64,000 nt of DNA from Oscillospiraceae bacterium. GTDB lineage: Bacteria > Bacillota > Clostridia > Oscillospirales > Oscillospiraceae. Location of the stretch: assembly GCA_017436955.1 (NCBI GenBank), contig JAFSCD010000012.1:51993-115992 (forward strand), read 5' to 3'. The notes under the pieces are model-generated. The model was not told where the DNA came from. It saw only the letters and a list, made by a program, of their open reading frames with translations, and searched no databases. The translations under genes were made by a program, and so were the position numbers. This document shows, piece by piece, positions 20,244 through 29,556 of the stretch; positions within the stretch are counted from its first letter, which is position 1, and every line of letters begins with the position of its first letter.

Positions 20244-21716
20244 TTACAGTAAATTCAATAATTTTTCATAAGCTGCTTCCCAAGCCACGGTGTGGTTGGG
20301 TCTCCAGGCTTCAACGGATTCAGAATTGCGCACGACCTGACGAAGTTCGGTAAGGTCAGCGATATCGCCCAGTGCCATAGCCTGGGTCAGGAGGTTACCG
20401 ATGGCAGCGCCTTCCACGGGACCGGTGATTACATCCCGGTCAAGAGAGTCGGCGATCAGCTGATTCAGGAAGCGGTTGTTGATGGGACCGCCCACGATGT
20501 TCAGCGAGTCGATGCGCTGACCCTTCATCTTTTCCAGCCCCTCCAGGGCATGACGGTATTTCAGCGCCAGAGATTCGTATACGCAGCGGGCAACCTGACC
20601 TACGGTTTCGGGGACGGGCTGACCGGTCTTGCGGCAGAATTCCTGGATCTTCTTTTCCATATTGCCGCCGGCGTAGAACTCGGGGGAGTCGGGATTGATG
20701 ATGGAACGCAGCGGCTCGGCAGCCTTTGCCTGATTCACGACCTCATCCCAGCTGATGTCCATACCGCTCTTCAGCCAATCACGGCGACATTCCTGAATGA
20801 TCCACATACCGATGATGGTGTTTAAGGGGCGGAAGCCACCCTGAATGGTACCCTCATTGGAGAAATGAGCGGCGGCAGCCTCGGGGGAAAGATCCGGCTT
20901 GTCCATTTCCGCGCCGAACAGCGACCAGGTGCCGGAGGAGCAGAATGCGAAACTGCCCGTACCGGGAATGGCGGCAACGGCGGAAGCGGTATCGTGGCTG
21001 CCGACGGCAACGAATGCGGCGGTGTTCAAGCCCAGCTCCTCGCACAGCTCCTTGCGCAGATAGCCGCGGATGGTGCCGGTCTTGTCGATTTTTGTAAAGA
21101 TCCGCTCCGGCAGACCCAGCTCCCGGATGGTTTCCCAATCCCAATCCTTGGTGGTGGGATTGTAAAGCTGGGTGGTGGTGGCGATGGTGTACTCCGTGCC
21201 CTTGGCACCGGTGAGGAAATAGCCCAGCAGATCGGGTGTCAGCAGCATGGTATCTGCGATCTCCAGCGCCGGATCATTTTCTCTCTTTCTGCGGTAGAGC
21301 TGATAAAGCGTATTGAAGGTCAATGTGGTGTCAATGCCGCTGCGCGCGTACAGCTTGTCAGCAGGAATGACAGCTTCGACGGCGTCGATGTCCTCCTGGG
21401 TGCCCAGACGGTAAGACCGGGGGATGCCGGCAAGCTGACCGTTTCTGTCCAGCAGACCGTAGTCAACGCCCCAGGTGTCGATACCGAAGGAATCCAGCTC
21501 GCCGTAGCCGCCCTGCTTGAATTTCAGCAGACCCTGCTTGAGCTGATTGTACAGGTAGGGGGTGTCCCAATAGTAGACGCCGTTCATTTCTATGTAGTTG
21601 TTTTCAAAGCGGTGCAATTCGCACATGGTGATCTTTTCGCCGTCAAACTGACCCAGGATCGCGCGTCCGTTACTGGCGCCCAGGTCAAAGGCGATCATAT
21701 TGCGTACTTTTGCCAT
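20244..21716 (-). CDS. Rhamnulokinase/fuculokinase (RhaB-type) ketose 1-kinase
   Basis: AFDLGASNGR, GIDTWGVDYGL, NTLYQL, GSHDTASAV, SSGTWSLFG, GPVEGAAIGN. Confidence 0.88.
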   Translation of the reverse strand: MAKVRNMIAFDLGASNGRAILGQFDGEKITMCELHRFENNYIEMNGVYYWDTPYLYNQLKQGLLKFKQGGYGELDSFGIDTWGVDYGLLDRNGQLAGIPRSYRLGTQEDIDAVEAVIPADKLYARSGIDTTLTFNTLYQLYRRKRENDPALEIADTMLLTPDLLGYFLTGAKGTEYTIATTTQLYNPTTKDWDWETIRELGLPERIFTKIDKTGTIRGYLRKELCEELGLNTAAFVAVGSHDTASAVAAIPGTGSFAFCSSGTWSLFGAEMDKPDLSPEAAAAHFSNEGTIQGGFRPLNTIIGMWIIQECRRDWLKSGMDISWDEVVNQAKAAEPLRSIINPDSPEFYAGGNMEKKIQEFCRKTGQPVPETVGQVARCVYESLALKYRHALEGLEKMKGQRIDSLNIVGGPINNRFLNQLIADSLDRDVITGPVEGAAIGNLLTQAMALGDIADLTELRQVVRNSESVEAWRPNHTVAWEAAYEKLLNLL

Positions 21717-21920
21717 TGCATTACCTCCTTGTATCACTGCTCATCGCCAAAGATGAAGGATCATCTGCAGCGATCAACGGTGATATGGTTGGCTCTCCCG
21801 GAGAGAGGCAAGGGCGTATTCTTCTCCACCCATTACTATATCACACATATCCGGAAAAGGGAATGGAAAAAACGATTTTTTCTAATATTTTTGCTTTGTT
21901 TTGGATGTTTGCAGATCCAA

Positions 21921-22028
21921 GGCTCCCTTGTGTAAAGGGAGCTGGCTCGCCGTTAGGCGAGACTGAAGGATTGCGACAGTCCTTTCGTCAAAAATCAAAG
22001 ATTTTCGCCACCGCCTCTGTGTAAGGGA
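21921..22028. repeat. Family A palindromic repeat (degenerate right arm)
   Basis: GGCTCCCTTGTGTAAAGGGAGC...GTCAAAAATCAAAGATTTTCG... Confidence 0.75.
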
Positions 22029-22036
22029 TGGCTTAA

Positions 22037-22067
22037 GAAAACCGGCACCACCGAAGTGGTGCCGGTC
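22037..22067 (-). terminator. Terminator after the sugar-binding protein gene
   Basis: ACCGGCACCAC-CGAA-GTGGTGCCGGT with adjacent A run (T run on the minus strand). Confidence 0.7.
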
Positions 22068-22104
22068 GGTGTTCATTAACCGTTAATTCGATTTTTCTTA
22101 CCGA

Positions 22105-23190
22105 TTAGTCGTATACCAACAGAGCGATGTCTTCGTTGTCGATGTTGGTGGAGTCATACCACTGAGCACCGGTGTCCTTGTCAGCAACGGTTTCACCCTT
22201 TGCAGCAGCAACAGCCATCTCAACAGCGTAGTAGCCGATGTGGTAGGGATCCTGAGTGACGGAGCCGTAGAACCAGCCGTTGCGAACAGCGGCCTTCTGA
22301 CCAGCACCGGCGTCGAAGCCAGCAACTACCAGGTCAGCATACTTGCCGCCGTCTGCCAGATCCTCACCGTCGCTGGTAGCAGCCAGGAAGCCGGTGACGG
22401 TGCCTTCGTTGGAGCAGAACAGAGCGATCAGGTCGTTCTTAGCCAGCAGGGTGTTGGCAGCGTTCTGAACGTCGCCAGCCTCGGTGGTAGCAGAGATAGC
22501 AACCTCGATGATGATGGAAGCAGCAGATGCGTCGCCGTCCTTCCACTTGTCGTGGCCGATAACAGCAACAGTGCCGTGCTGAGCAGCAATCTCCTTCATC
22601 TTGTTAACGAAGCCGGTGGTACGGCCGGTAACAGAAGCGGAAACTGCGTCCTGGGACAGAACAGCGATACGGACGGGGTTCTCAACGGTAGCGGCCTTCA
22701 TGGCAGCAACCAGACCCTCGTGCTCACCGAACTTGGTGGCAGCGATAGCAGCAGCGTTCTCGTTGTTGGTGGAAGCGGTAGCCTTAACAGCGCCGGAGGT
22801 ATCGCCGGGAACACCGGAGTCGAAGCCGATGACGGGGATGTTCTTCTCAGCGCACTCGGCCAGGATGTCACCGACAGCTTCGGTGTCCAGAGCAGCCAGA
22901 GCCATAGCCTTGGGGTTCTTGGCCAGTTCCTTGTTGATCATATCAACCTGAGCCTGGATCTCGGTCTCGGAAGCGGGGCCGTCGAAGTAGATCTCGACGC
23001 CGTACTTGTCAGCGGCATCCTGTGCGCCCTTGGCAACAGCCTGCCAGAACTGATGCTGGAAGCCCTTAGCCATAACGGGAATGTACAGCTTGCCATCGTC
23101 AGTGGTGCCGGGGTTGTCGGTGGTGTTGTTACAAGCGACCAGAGCGGTAGCCATAACAAGAACCAGAAGTAATGCGATAAGTTTCTTCAT
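22105..23190 (-). CDS. Sugar ABC transporter substrate-binding lipoprotein (RbsB-like)
   Basis: Lipobox LVAC, KGFQHQFWQAV, GFDSGV, GFDAG, TQDPYHIGY; strongly biased codon usage. Confidence 0.92.
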   Translation of the reverse strand: MKKLIALLLVLVMATALVACNNTTDNPGTTDDGKLYIPVMAKGFQHQFWQAVAKGAQDAADKYGVEIYFDGPASETEIQAQVDMINKELAKNPKAMALAALDTEAVGDILAECAEKNIPVIGFDSGVPGDTSGAVKATASTNNENAAAIAATKFGEHEGLVAAMKAATVENPVRIAVLSQDAVSASVTGRTTGFVNKMKEIAAQHGTVAVIGHDKWKDGDASAASIIIEVAISATTEAGDVQNAANTLLAKNDLIALFCSNEGTVTGFLAATSDGEDLADGGKYADLVVAGFDAGAGQKAAVRNGWFYGSVTQDPYHIGYYAVEMAVAAAKGETVADKDTGAQWYDSTNIDNEDIALLVYD

Positions 23191-23247
23191 TGAGGGTTCC
23201 TCCTTAATATTTATTCTAAGCGCAATTTTGTGCGCGCTTATACGGAA

Positions 23248-24258
23248 TTAAGATCTCTTGACCTTGCTTGCGGTCTTGGTGCGGTAGATATCCAGCAGAA
23301 CGGCGCCGATAACAACCAGGCCGGTGAAGAAGGTCTGCCACTGTGCCTGCAGGCCGCAGGCGGACAGGCCGGTCTTCAGGGTGGACATGATGAACACGCC
23401 GATCAGAGAGCCGACCATGGTGCCGGAGCCGCCGGCCATGGATGTACCGCCGATGATAACGCCGGTAATGCCGTGCATTTCCTGACCCTGGCCAACGCCG
23501 GGAGTAATGGTGGAGTAGACTGCGGCATAGAACAGAGCAGCCATACCTACAAAGAAGCCGGACAGCGTGTAAGCAGCGATCTTCCAGTTGTCAACGTTGA
23601 TACCGGACAGACGGGCAGCTTCCTCGTTGGAGCCGATGGCATAGAAGTAGCGACCCAGCTTGGTCTTGTGCAGGATCAGTGCGGCGATGATGAAGAATAC
23701 CAGCAGCCACACAGCGCCAATGGGCAGGAAATCAAACAGCTTGGTGCGGACAAAGATCTTCTTGAACCAACCGCCGGTGGGGTCGGTAACGGGGGGCCAT
23801 GTCTGTGCCTGAACCTTGGTCAGGATAGAGCCAAGACCGGCAGACATCATCTGGGTGCCCAGGGTAGCGATAAAGGGAGGCAGCTTCAGCTTGGCGATCA
23901 GAATGCCGTTGAGGAAGCCGAAAGCGACTGCGGTGAAGATCGTTACCAGAATGCTGACGTACATAGGCAGGTGCAGAACCTTGAAGGAGTAGCCGCCCAG
24001 CAAGGCAGAGCACATCATGACCGTGCCCAGAGACAGGTCGATGCCGCCGGTGATAATGATAAAGGTAACACCGAAGGCCATAAAGCCAATGTAGTAGGAA
24101 GCCTGCAGGATGTTTTCCGCAGTATGCCAGGTGAAGAAGTTTTCACCTACGATAGAGAAGAGAATGTACAGAATTACCAGCGCCATAGGTGCCAGCAGCT
24201 TCTGCATATCCAGCTTTTTGGTGCCCAGACGGGCGCCCTTGGTTGTTGTGTTGCTCAT
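23248..24258 (-). CDS. Sugar ABC transporter permease (RbsC-like)
   Basis: GGIDLSLG, PPFIATLG, AIGSNEEAARLSGI, IIGGTSMAGG. Confidence 0.95.
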   Translation of the reverse strand: MSNTTTKGARLGTKKLDMQKLLAPMALVILYILFSIVGENFFTWHTAENILQASYYIGFMAFGVTFIIITGGIDLSLGTVMMCSALLGGYSFKVLHLPMYVSILVTIFTAVAFGFLNGILIAKLKLPPFIATLGTQMMSAGLGSILTKVQAQTWPPVTDPTGGWFKKIFVRTKLFDFLPIGAVWLLVFFIIAALILHKTKLGRYFYAIGSNEEAARLSGINVDNWKIAAYTLSGFFVGMAALFYAAVYSTITPGVGQGQEMHGITGVIIGGTSMAGGSGTMVGSLIGVFIMSTLKTGLSACGLQAQWQTFFTGLVVIGAVLLDIYRTKTASKVKRS

Positions 24259-24274
24259 AATTTAATTCCCCCAC

Positions 24275-25765
24275 TTATCTATTGGTTGCAAAAGTCATGA
24301 TTTTTTCCTGCGTAGCCTCGGAAATGTCCAGCTCACCGGTCTTGCGACCCTCGCACATAACCACGATACGGTCGGACATACGCAGCAGCTCGGGCATATC
24401 AGAGGAGATCATAATAATCGATTTGCCTTCGGCGGCAAGCTGATTCATCAGCTTGTAGATCTCGCTCTTGGCACCTACGTCGATGCCGCGGGTAGGCTCA
24501 TCGAAGATCAGGATATCGCAATCGCGCAGCAGCCATTTGGAAATAACGACTTTCTGCTGATTACCGCCGGACAGACTGCCGACCCGGGTTTTGGTAGAGG
24601 GGGTCTTGGTCTTGATCTTTTCGATATATTCCTCGGAATACCGGTCGGCGGCACGGTCATTGATAAACAGACCCTTGAACAGGGTGCCCAGGCTGGGCAT
24701 CACGGTATTGTCGGTAATGCTTAAGTTCAGGCACAGACCGTAGCGCTTGCGGTCCTCGCTGAGGTAGCCGATGCCGTGCTTGACCGCGTCCCGGGGCGTC
24801 TTGATCCGGACGGGCTTGCCGTTGAGCTTGATCACACCGGAGGTCATGGGGTCAGCACCGCACAGCAGACGCATGGTCTCGGTACGGCCGGCACCCATCA
24901 AACCGGAGAAGCCCAGGATCTCACCCTTCTTCAGGTGGAAGGAAACGTCCTTGACGTCGATGGAGTTCAGATGCTCACATTCCAGAATGATGGGAGCGTC
25001 AGCAGGAACAGCGGACTGCGTCTTGGGTTCTTCGTAAATGGTACGACCGACCATCATACGGACAACCTCGGCGATCTCTGTCTCGGCAGTTTCCAGAACG
25101 CCTACGTACTGACCGTCACGCATAACGGTGATACGGTCGGTAATGCGCTGAAGCTCATCCATTCTGTGGGAGATGTAGATGATGCCGACACCGGTGGATT
25201 TCAGCTGCTCAACGAACGTGAACAGGTCGTCGATCTCTGTGTCTGTCAGAACGGCAGAGGGCTCGTCCAGAATCAGCAGCTTGGTGTTGTTGTAAGACAG
25301 CGCCTTTGCGATCTCCACCATCTGCTGCTTTGCAACGGAAAGTGTACGGACAACAGCCTTGGGATCAATGGAAAGATGGAGCTTGTCCAGCAATTCCTGG
25401 GTCTTTCTGTATTGTTCCGCCTGATTCAGAAACAGACCGGTGGAAGACTCGCGACCGATAAAGATGTTATCCGCGACGGTCAGGTGCTGCATCAGGTTCA
25501 GCTCCTGGTGGACGATGCAAATGCCTCTGCTCTGTGCGTCCTTGGGACCGTTGAGCTCGATCTCCTCGCCGAAGTACTCGATGATGCCGCCGTCTTTGGG
25601 ATAAATGCCGGTCAGGATCTTCATCAGTGTGGACTTGCCGGCACCGTTCTCACCTACCAGCGCCATCACTTCGCCGGAACGCACTTCAAGCTGTGCGTTG
25701 TCCAGCGCGTGAACACCGGGGAAGTATTTTTGGATGCCGTGCATCTTCAAAATTGTTTCGCCCAT
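24275..25765 (-). CDS. Sugar ABC transporter ATP-binding protein (RbsA/MglA-like)
   Basis: GENGAGKST, LDEP, LSGGNQQK, DEPTRGIDVGAK. Confidence 0.96.
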   Translation of the reverse strand: MGETILKMHGIQKYFPGVHALDNAQLEVRSGEVMALVGENGAGKSTLMKILTGIYPKDGGIIEYFGEEIELNGPKDAQSRGICIVHQELNLMQHLTVADNIFIGRESSTGLFLNQAEQYRKTQELLDKLHLSIDPKAVVRTLSVAKQQMVEIAKALSYNNTKLLILDEPSAVLTDTEIDDLFTFVEQLKSTGVGIIYISHRMDELQRITDRITVMRDGQYVGVLETAETEIAEVVRMMVGRTIYEEPKTQSAVPADAPIILECEHLNSIDVKDVSFHLKKGEILGFSGLMGAGRTETMRLLCGADPMTSGVIKLNGKPVRIKTPRDAVKHGIGYLSEDRKRYGLCLNLSITDNTVMPSLGTLFKGLFINDRAADRYSEEYIEKIKTKTPSTKTRVGSLSGGNQQKVVISKWLLRDCDILIFDEPTRGIDVGAKSEIYKLMNQLAAEGKSIIMISSDMPELLRMSDRIVVMCEGRKTGELDISEATQEKIMTFATNR

Positions 25766-25867
25766 TCAAAAATCACCTTTCTTGTGTTGTTTTTGCTGCG
25801 CTGCCACCCGAAGGAGGCGCGTACGAAATAAAGGTAAAAAATCCCGTTACGATAGTTTCACCAAAAG

Positions 25868-25879
25868 CGAAACGATTCG
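25868..25879. promoter_or_regulatory. Putative LacI-family operator (ABC side)
   Basis: CGAAACGATTCG, a pseudo-palindrome with central CG; its exact reverse complement is at 26098-26109. Confidence 0.65.
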
Positions 25880-26031
25880 TTTGTACGGGGTGTACAAAGA
25901 CCAAAAATAATCACCAAAAGCGAAGTGATTTTTTTGTTAAAAATAACATCAACGCATGAAATTGTTAATGACCTTTTCTATAATATAATAAACTTTACTA
26001 AAAAAATCAAGAACTTTTTTCAAAATTTGTA

Positions 26032-26060
26032 TTGACAGCACAAATTTGTTTTTATATATT
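26032..26060 (+). promoter_or_regulatory. Sigma-A promoter of the lacI-family gene
   Basis: TTGACA (26032-26037), 17 nt, TATATT (26055-26060). Confidence 0.7.
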
Positions 26061-26097
26061 ATATATTGTAAAGAGGGCAGGATAACCAGAATTTGCG

Positions 26098-26109
26098 CGA
26101 ATCGTTTCG
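26098..26109. promoter_or_regulatory. Putative LacI-family operator (regulator side)
   Basis: CGAATCGTTTCG, downstream of the regulator's promoter. Confidence 0.65.
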
Positions 26110-26133
26110 TTTTCTGACCGGAAGGAGTACCAA

Positions 26134-27114
26134 ATGGCGACCATAAAAGACGTTGCCCGCGTGGCCGGCGTGTCGATTTCCACCATTTCTAAATATATGA
26201 ACGGCGGAAACGTGCGTCCGGATAACGCCCAGGCCATCCGGGAAGCCATCGCAGCGCTGGACTACCGCGCCAATCCCTTTGCGCGGAACCTGAAGATCCA
26301 GCGAAGCCGCTCCATCGGTGTTCTGCTGCCGGATATGGCGGCACCGTTTTACGGCACTGTGGTCATGTCGCTGGACAAGACTCTCCGTGAACACGGCTAT
26401 CACACCCAGATCTCCGTGTACGGCTCCAACTACGGTCTGGAGCGGGACAACCTCCGCTTCTTGATCACCAACGGCATTGACGGTCTGGTTTACATCCCCG
26501 AGGATCTTTCCTGCGATGAATTTTATGAGCTGACTGCCAGTATCGGCATCCCCACGGTACAGATCGACCGGATCATTCCCGGCGTTGCCGGTGATGCGGT
26601 GCTGGTGGACAACGGCGAGGCCGTTTATCAGGCAGTTTCCCGGCTCATCGAGAAGGGACACAGCCGGATCGCCATCATCACCGGTCCCAAGTCCGTATTC
26701 ACTGCCAAGGAACGTCTGGGCGGATACCTCCGGGCGCTGTCGGATCACGGGATCCTTTTTGATGATGAGCTGGTTATCAGTGACCAGAATGCCTTTGCTA
26801 CCGGTTACCGCGGCTGCGAAACGCTGCTGGCGCTGGACGAGCCGCCTACGGCAGTGTTTACGACCAATTACGATATTACCATCGGTCTGGTTACCGCCGC
26901 CCGGGAACGGGGCGTGCGTATTCCCGAGGATATGGACATCTTCGGCTTTGACTGCGTGGAGGTCTGCGCGATGATGCGACCGCCGCTGCCGGTGGTGCAT
27001 CAGCCGGAGCAGGAGATCGGTCAGACTGCCGCCGCCTATTTGATCGAGCGGCTGAACGGTTATGACGGTCCGCCCCGGACAACACGGCTGAAATGCCGCC
27101 TTGCACCGGAGTAA
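26134..27114 (+). CDS. LacI-family transcriptional regulator
   Basis: MATIKDVARVAGVSISTIS HTH, ARNLK hinge, FGFD. Confidence 0.96.
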   Translation: MATIKDVARVAGVSISTISKYMNGGNVRPDNAQAIREAIAALDYRANPFARNLKIQRSRSIGVLLPDMAAPFYGTVVMSLDKTLREHGYHTQISVYGSNYGLERDNLRFLITNGIDGLVYIPEDLSCDEFYELTASIGIPTVQIDRIIPGVAGDAVLVDNGEAVYQAVSRLIEKGHSRIAIITGPKSVFTAKERLGGYLRALSDHGILFDDELVISDQNAFATGYRGCETLLALDEPPTAVFTTNYDITIGLVTAARERGVRIPEDMDIFGFDCVEVCAMMRPPLPVVHQPEQEIGQTAAAYLIERLNGYDGPPRTTRLKCRLAPE

Positions 27115-27204
27115 TATATTATTATATTGTATAAAGACGCACCGCGTTTTTTATAAAAAGTAAATTTGCCGCGTGATCCGCGGCTAGAATCAGGAGGAAA
27201 AATT

Positions 27205-29034
27205 ATGGCAAAGAACAGATACATCGGCGAATATCCCGTTATCGGTATTCGCCCCATCGTTGACGGCCGCCGCGGCCCTCTGATGCTCCGTGAATCCCTG
27301 GAGCCGCTGGTCTGGGCAATGGCAGAGGCAGCCAAGAAGCTGTTTGAGGAAAATCTGTACTACTCCAACGGCGAGCCCGTTAAGGTCGTTTTGGCTGACA
27401 CCTGCATCGGCCGTGTGCCCGAGGCTGCAGCCTGCGCTGACAAGTTCCGCAAGGAAGGCGTTTCCATCACCCTGTCCGTAACACCCTGCTGGTGCTACGG
27501 TTCCGAGACTATGGATATGGATCCCCACACCATTAAGGGCGTATGGGGCTTCAACGGCACCGAGCGTCCCGGCGCTGTGTACCTGGCTGCCGTTCTGGCC
27601 GGCCACGCACAGAAGGGTCTGCCCGCTTTCGGCATCTACGGTCACGAGGTTCAGGACCGCGATCAGGTTTCCGAGATCCCCGAGGATGTCAAGGAGAAGC
27701 TGCTGCGCTTCGGTCGCGCTGCTGTTGCTGTTGCTACCATGCGTGGCAAGAGCTATCTGCAGATCGGCTCCCAGTGCATGGGCATCGCTGGCTCCATCAT
27801 GGACCAGGATATGCTGGAAAAGTACTTCGGTATGCGTGTTGAGTCCGTTGACGAGGTGGAGATCCTGCGTCGAATGGAAGAAGGCATCTACTGCGAAGAG
27901 GACTACCAGAAGGCTCTGGCATGGACCAAGGAGCACTGCAAGGAAGGCCGCGACGACAATGTCGAGGAAGTCGATTTCGTTGGCGAGAAGCGCCGCATTA
28001 AGTTCACCCCCGAAGAGAAGGAAAAGCAGTGGGAGTTCACCGTTAAGATGTACTGCATCATCAAGGATCTGATGGCAGGCAATCACAAGCTGTCGGACAA
28101 GTTTGAGGAAGAGAAGGTCGGTCACAATGCCATCGCCGGCGGCTTCCAGGGTCAGCGTCAGTGGACCGACCATTGGCCCAACTGTGACTACCCCGAGGCA
28201 CTGCTCAGCTCCACCTTCGACTATGAAGGCGCCCGTGAGCCCTACACCCTGGCTACCGAGAACGATATTCTGAACGGTATGGGTATGCTGATGATGCGCC
28301 TGCTGACCCACCGGGCACAGATCTTCGCCGACGTCCGCACCTACTGGTCCGGCGAGGCTACCGAGCGCGTTACCGGCTACAAGCTGGAGGGCAAGGCCGC
28401 TGAATCCAACGGTATCATCCACCTGCTGAACTCCGGCGCAGCCTGCCTGGATGCTTCCGGTGTCTGCACCGATGAGAACGGCAACGCCATTATGAAGAAA
28501 TGGTGGGAAGTCACCGAGGAAGACATCAAGAAGATGACCGACGCTACCGTATGGTGCGAGGCCGGCTTCGACAACTTCCGCGGCGGCGGATTCTCCAGCC
28601 ACTTCAACACCTTCGCTGAAATGCCCGTTACCATGATCCGTCTGAACCTGGTCAAGGGTCTGGGTCCCGTTCTGCAGATCGCGGAAGGCTGGACTGTCAA
28701 CCTGCCCGAGAAGGTCAACGACGTTCTGATGGAGCGCACCAACCCCACCTGGCCCTGCACCTGGTTTGCACCTCGCTGCGACGGCAAGGAAGGCTCTCCT
28801 TTCAAGACCGCTTACGAGGTCATGATGAACTGGGGCGCCAACCACGGTGCCATCTCCTACGGTCACATCGGTGCTGACCTGATCACCATGTGTTCTATGC
28901 TGCGCATCCCCGTGTGCATGCACAACGTTCCCGAGGAGAAGATCTACCGTCCTGCCGCATGGAACGCATTCGGCATGGACAAGGAAGGTCAGGATTACCG
29001 CGCCTGCGCTACCTACGGTCCTCTGTACAAGTAA
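27205..29034 (+). CDS. fucI: L-fucose/D-arabinose isomerase
   Basis: IGIRPIVDGR, PCWCYGSET, GFQGQRQWTD, ATEND, FADVRTYWS, WGANHG. Confidence 0.95.
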   Translation: MAKNRYIGEYPVIGIRPIVDGRRGPLMLRESLEPLVWAMAEAAKKLFEENLYYSNGEPVKVVLADTCIGRVPEAAACADKFRKEGVSITLSVTPCWCYGSETMDMDPHTIKGVWGFNGTERPGAVYLAAVLAGHAQKGLPAFGIYGHEVQDRDQVSEIPEDVKEKLLRFGRAAVAVATMRGKSYLQIGSQCMGIAGSIMDQDMLEKYFGMRVESVDEVEILRRMEEGIYCEEDYQKALAWTKEHCKEGRDDNVEEVDFVGEKRRIKFTPEEKEKQWEFTVKMYCIIKDLMAGNHKLSDKFEEEKVGHNAIAGGFQGQRQWTDHWPNCDYPEALLSSTFDYEGAREPYTLATENDILNGMGMLMMRLLTHRAQIFADVRTYWSGEATERVTGYKLEGKAAESNGIIHLLNSGAACLDASGVCTDENGNAIMKKWWEVTEEDIKKMTDATVWCEAGFDNFRGGGFSSHFNTFAEMPVTMIRLNLVKGLGPVLQIAEGWTVNLPEKVNDVLMERTNPTWPCTWFAPRCDGKEGSPFKTAYEVMMNWGANHGAISYGHIGADLITMCSMLRIPVCMHNVPEEKIYRPAAWNAFGMDKEGQDYRACATYGPLYK

Positions 29035-29047
29035 GTTCCAAACCAAT

Positions 29048-29078
29048 AAAAGTGGCAGTCTCCGGACTGCCACTTTTT
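29048..29078 (+). terminator. Terminator-like hairpin between fucI and fucU
   Basis: AAAAGTGGCAGTC-TCCG-GACTGCCACTTTTT. Confidence 0.65.
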
Positions 29079-29106
29079 GAAAAACCGATTTTTGGAGGTA
29101 AATATT

Positions 29107-29553
29107 ATGCTTAAGAACATTCCTTCCATCCTTTCTCCCGAGCTTTTGAAGGTGCTGTGCGAAATGGGTCACAGCGACCGCATCTGCATCGGCGACGGCA
29201 ATTTCCCCGGCGCATCCATGGCGAAGGCAAAGAACGCCATCTTCCTGCGGGCTGACGGTCACGGCGTGCCGGAGCTGCTGGATGCCATTTTGCAGGTATT
29301 TCCGCTGGATACTTACGTGGAGCAGCCTGCCATTTTGATGGAAAAGATGGATTGCGACAAGGATCTGGTGATTCCCGTGTGGGATGAGTACAAGTCCATC
29401 ATTGCCAAACACGATGACCGCGGCGCGGCAGCTGTGGGCAATATCGACCGCTTCAAGTTCTACGATGAGGCCAAGGATTGCTACTGCATCCTGCAGACCG
29501 GCGAAACCGCTATTTACGCCAACATCATCCTGCAGAAGGGCGTTATCAAGTAA
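29107..29553 (+). CDS. fucU: FucU/RbsD family mutarotase
   Basis: MLKNIPSILSPELLKVLCEMGHSD, DGNFP, QTGETAIYANIILQKGV. Confidence 0.9.
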   Translation: MLKNIPSILSPELLKVLCEMGHSDRICIGDGNFPGASMAKAKNAIFLRADGHGVPELLDAILQVFPLDTYVEQPAILMEKMDCDKDLVIPVWDEYKSIIAKHDDRGAAAVGNIDRFKFYDEAKDCYCILQTGETAIYANIILQKGVIK

Positions 29554-29556
29554 TTT

